From contig NW_026781956.1 of assembly GCF_031769215.1 (NCBI RefSeq), positions 124,001 through 188,000 of the forward strand: 64,000 nt of DNA, read 5' to 3'. The position numbers and the translations under genes were made by a program. The stretch comes from Ylistrum balloti (taxonomy: Eukaryota). The notes under the pieces were generated by a model that searched no databases, had not been told where the DNA came from, and saw only the letters and a program-made list of their open reading frames with translations. Below, piece after piece: positions 62,038 to 64,000 of the stretch (its first letter is position 1; the number at the start of each line of letters is the position of its first letter).

Positions 62038-64000
62038 CAGACCTGGTTATATATAAACAAAACAGGCATAAATCTAAACTCTGAATATGAACTGAATAAA
62101 TAACAAGCAATTTAATCTAGGACTACATATGCACCATTCCGACATCCGAAATAATTAAAGAAATTTATTACTTTGGGCTGGAATTATGCTCAAAAGATCA
62201 ATTTTGACTTCCATCGACTAAAATTATGAAAAGGCTACAATGTTCGGCCTAGGTTTAAGCAAGTGCAACATTGCAAATACATTGTACTACAATGTATCAA
62301 TGACGTAAGCTGACGTAAAAGGGGCGGAGTATAAGCATTTGTAAACATACAGGCTACCACTGACAAGCCGGTATCAGTCGAAACGATACTTGGCTTCTGT
62401 TACAGTCTTTCCCGAATTAAGCTCTATTTGGAAACGATCAAACCCAACAATATTATCTGCTTTTGAAATTGCCCGGATCACACCCTTTTCCCCATCACAT
62501 AGCCTTACTTTATCACCTACATTCACCTCAAGTCTATCCAGTTCAGCCAATGTTGACAGCAGACGATATTAAACAAATCGCACGTGGAACAAATCACGCG
62601 AGTGAAAAAAGTAGCTCGGGTCAAAGTTCACCAATCATGTATCCGAAAGGCCATATTCCACTAGTGGAATATCACTTATATTTATCCAACACCAGCCATA
62701 TTTACACAATGGCCTGAGAGTGGAATAAATTAAAGTAGAATGGTAGAAATTATTTTAGTTAAGGATGTTTTCAAACCATGTAATATGTGGAAGTGAACTC
62801 TTTGTAAGATGTGTTATACAAAAAATATCCGGTGTATAATCAAAATGACTGTATTTATCTATACAAGTTGCATATACATAGATTTGTGGGACTATAATGG
62901 ATGATTTTATTCAGATTCCATACACCGTGTTAATAGATTTGCATTGTTCCGTAACAGTTAACATACGCAATGATTTATGGTGTGCAAATATGATTCGGAA
63001 CAATTTAGACTAAATTCAGTAAATATATGCCGTTAAAAAAGGTGTTTGATATATATCAGTAAATTGGTTTGATAATTATCTCTCTACATGTACACTATTA
63101 AGAAGTATTTAAAGAATTGCTGTGTAATGCCTTATATGATTCAGAATATAGGTCCCGAACTCATGTTATATAGATCTATTACGTCAACGTATCGAGTTAA
63201 TGTGTTATTTGTGTTTACTAATGATATATTCGAATCAGTGAAATGGTTACAACTCAACTCGCCTTTGCTACGTGTTCTGATACTTTTTTCTTTAATCTAT
63301 TACTAGTCGATCTATGTATGACAGGCTGATGGAAGCCATTCGTATCATTACCTATAGTCGAGTGACAGGCAAATTATGTGTTCATCTGATAAATCTATGA
63401 AATGAAATTGTTCAAAATGTAGGTATCGGGGCCATTCGAGGTGAATACTTGTCATTTTCAATCAACTTTAGAATCTAGAAAATGTTTTGTAGAGGTAGGT
63501 AGGTAGGTACTGGAGTGACATTTGGCCCTATGATGCATCGTGGGAGACAAATAGGACTCCTGATCAACATTACTTTTGGATCAATAACTGGCTTGTTTTT
63601 TTAGCATACAACAATATCATCGTACCAGAAGCAACAGCTTTGTTGCATGATGTATAAGTGACACGTGTAGGAGCATCCACAACAAAACATTGTTACTCAA
63701 GCATACTGAGCAGTTAGATATATACAAATACCCGTACAACTTCCCACGTTTCGTCCGTGTCATTTAGTACAGATAATTCCTACTGAAAACGTGTAGTTTT
63801 GCTTAGGTGTTCAATAGGGATACAAATTATTCTGTCAATTCATCATAAAACACATTACTAGGTAGTGTTTATTAGTACATAAAACATTTACTTGTTTTGT
63901 CTATCATACAGTTTATACTCTGCAGTGTAAAGTGTATGAAAATATTAACATATACGGTGTACATTGTTGCGAGACTTACCAACCATAATGTTTGTATTTA

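Overview
AT-rich, intron-rich animal DNA, probably a mollusc (inferred from the lectin family and repeat content). About 57 kb is one spliced minus-strand gene that the ORF track shows only in fragments. Reading GT/AG junctions by hand gives 66 coding exons (12,532 nt, about 4,177 aa), from a signal-peptide exon (ATG at 57068) to an exon at 535-419; the gene continues off the left edge. The product is a giant secreted protein. It has five near-identical VWD(GDPH)-C8-TIL-EGF modules (FCGBP/zonadhesin type), interleaved with arrays of a DUF3011/ADEL-lectin-like domain, each followed by a short EGF-like domain. The locus is a nested tandem repeat: a 1.2-kb unit (lectin exon + EGF exon, both phase 1-1) occurs 3,2,4,3,2 times (N to C) inside five 8.4-10.8-kb units. 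Lectin copies near the N-terminus carry recombined, mostly non-synonymous variant patches. One copy carries frameshifts that may be assembly errors, and a truncated lectin exon lies near the 3' end. Also present: a 1.9-kb Spy-type DNA transposon derivative (AAA|TTT site, no TSD), Crypton-like and pogo-like relics, and 27-bp and 33-bp minisatellites. No rRNA, intact tRNA or CRISPR array was seen. All calls come from manual reading; no searches were run.
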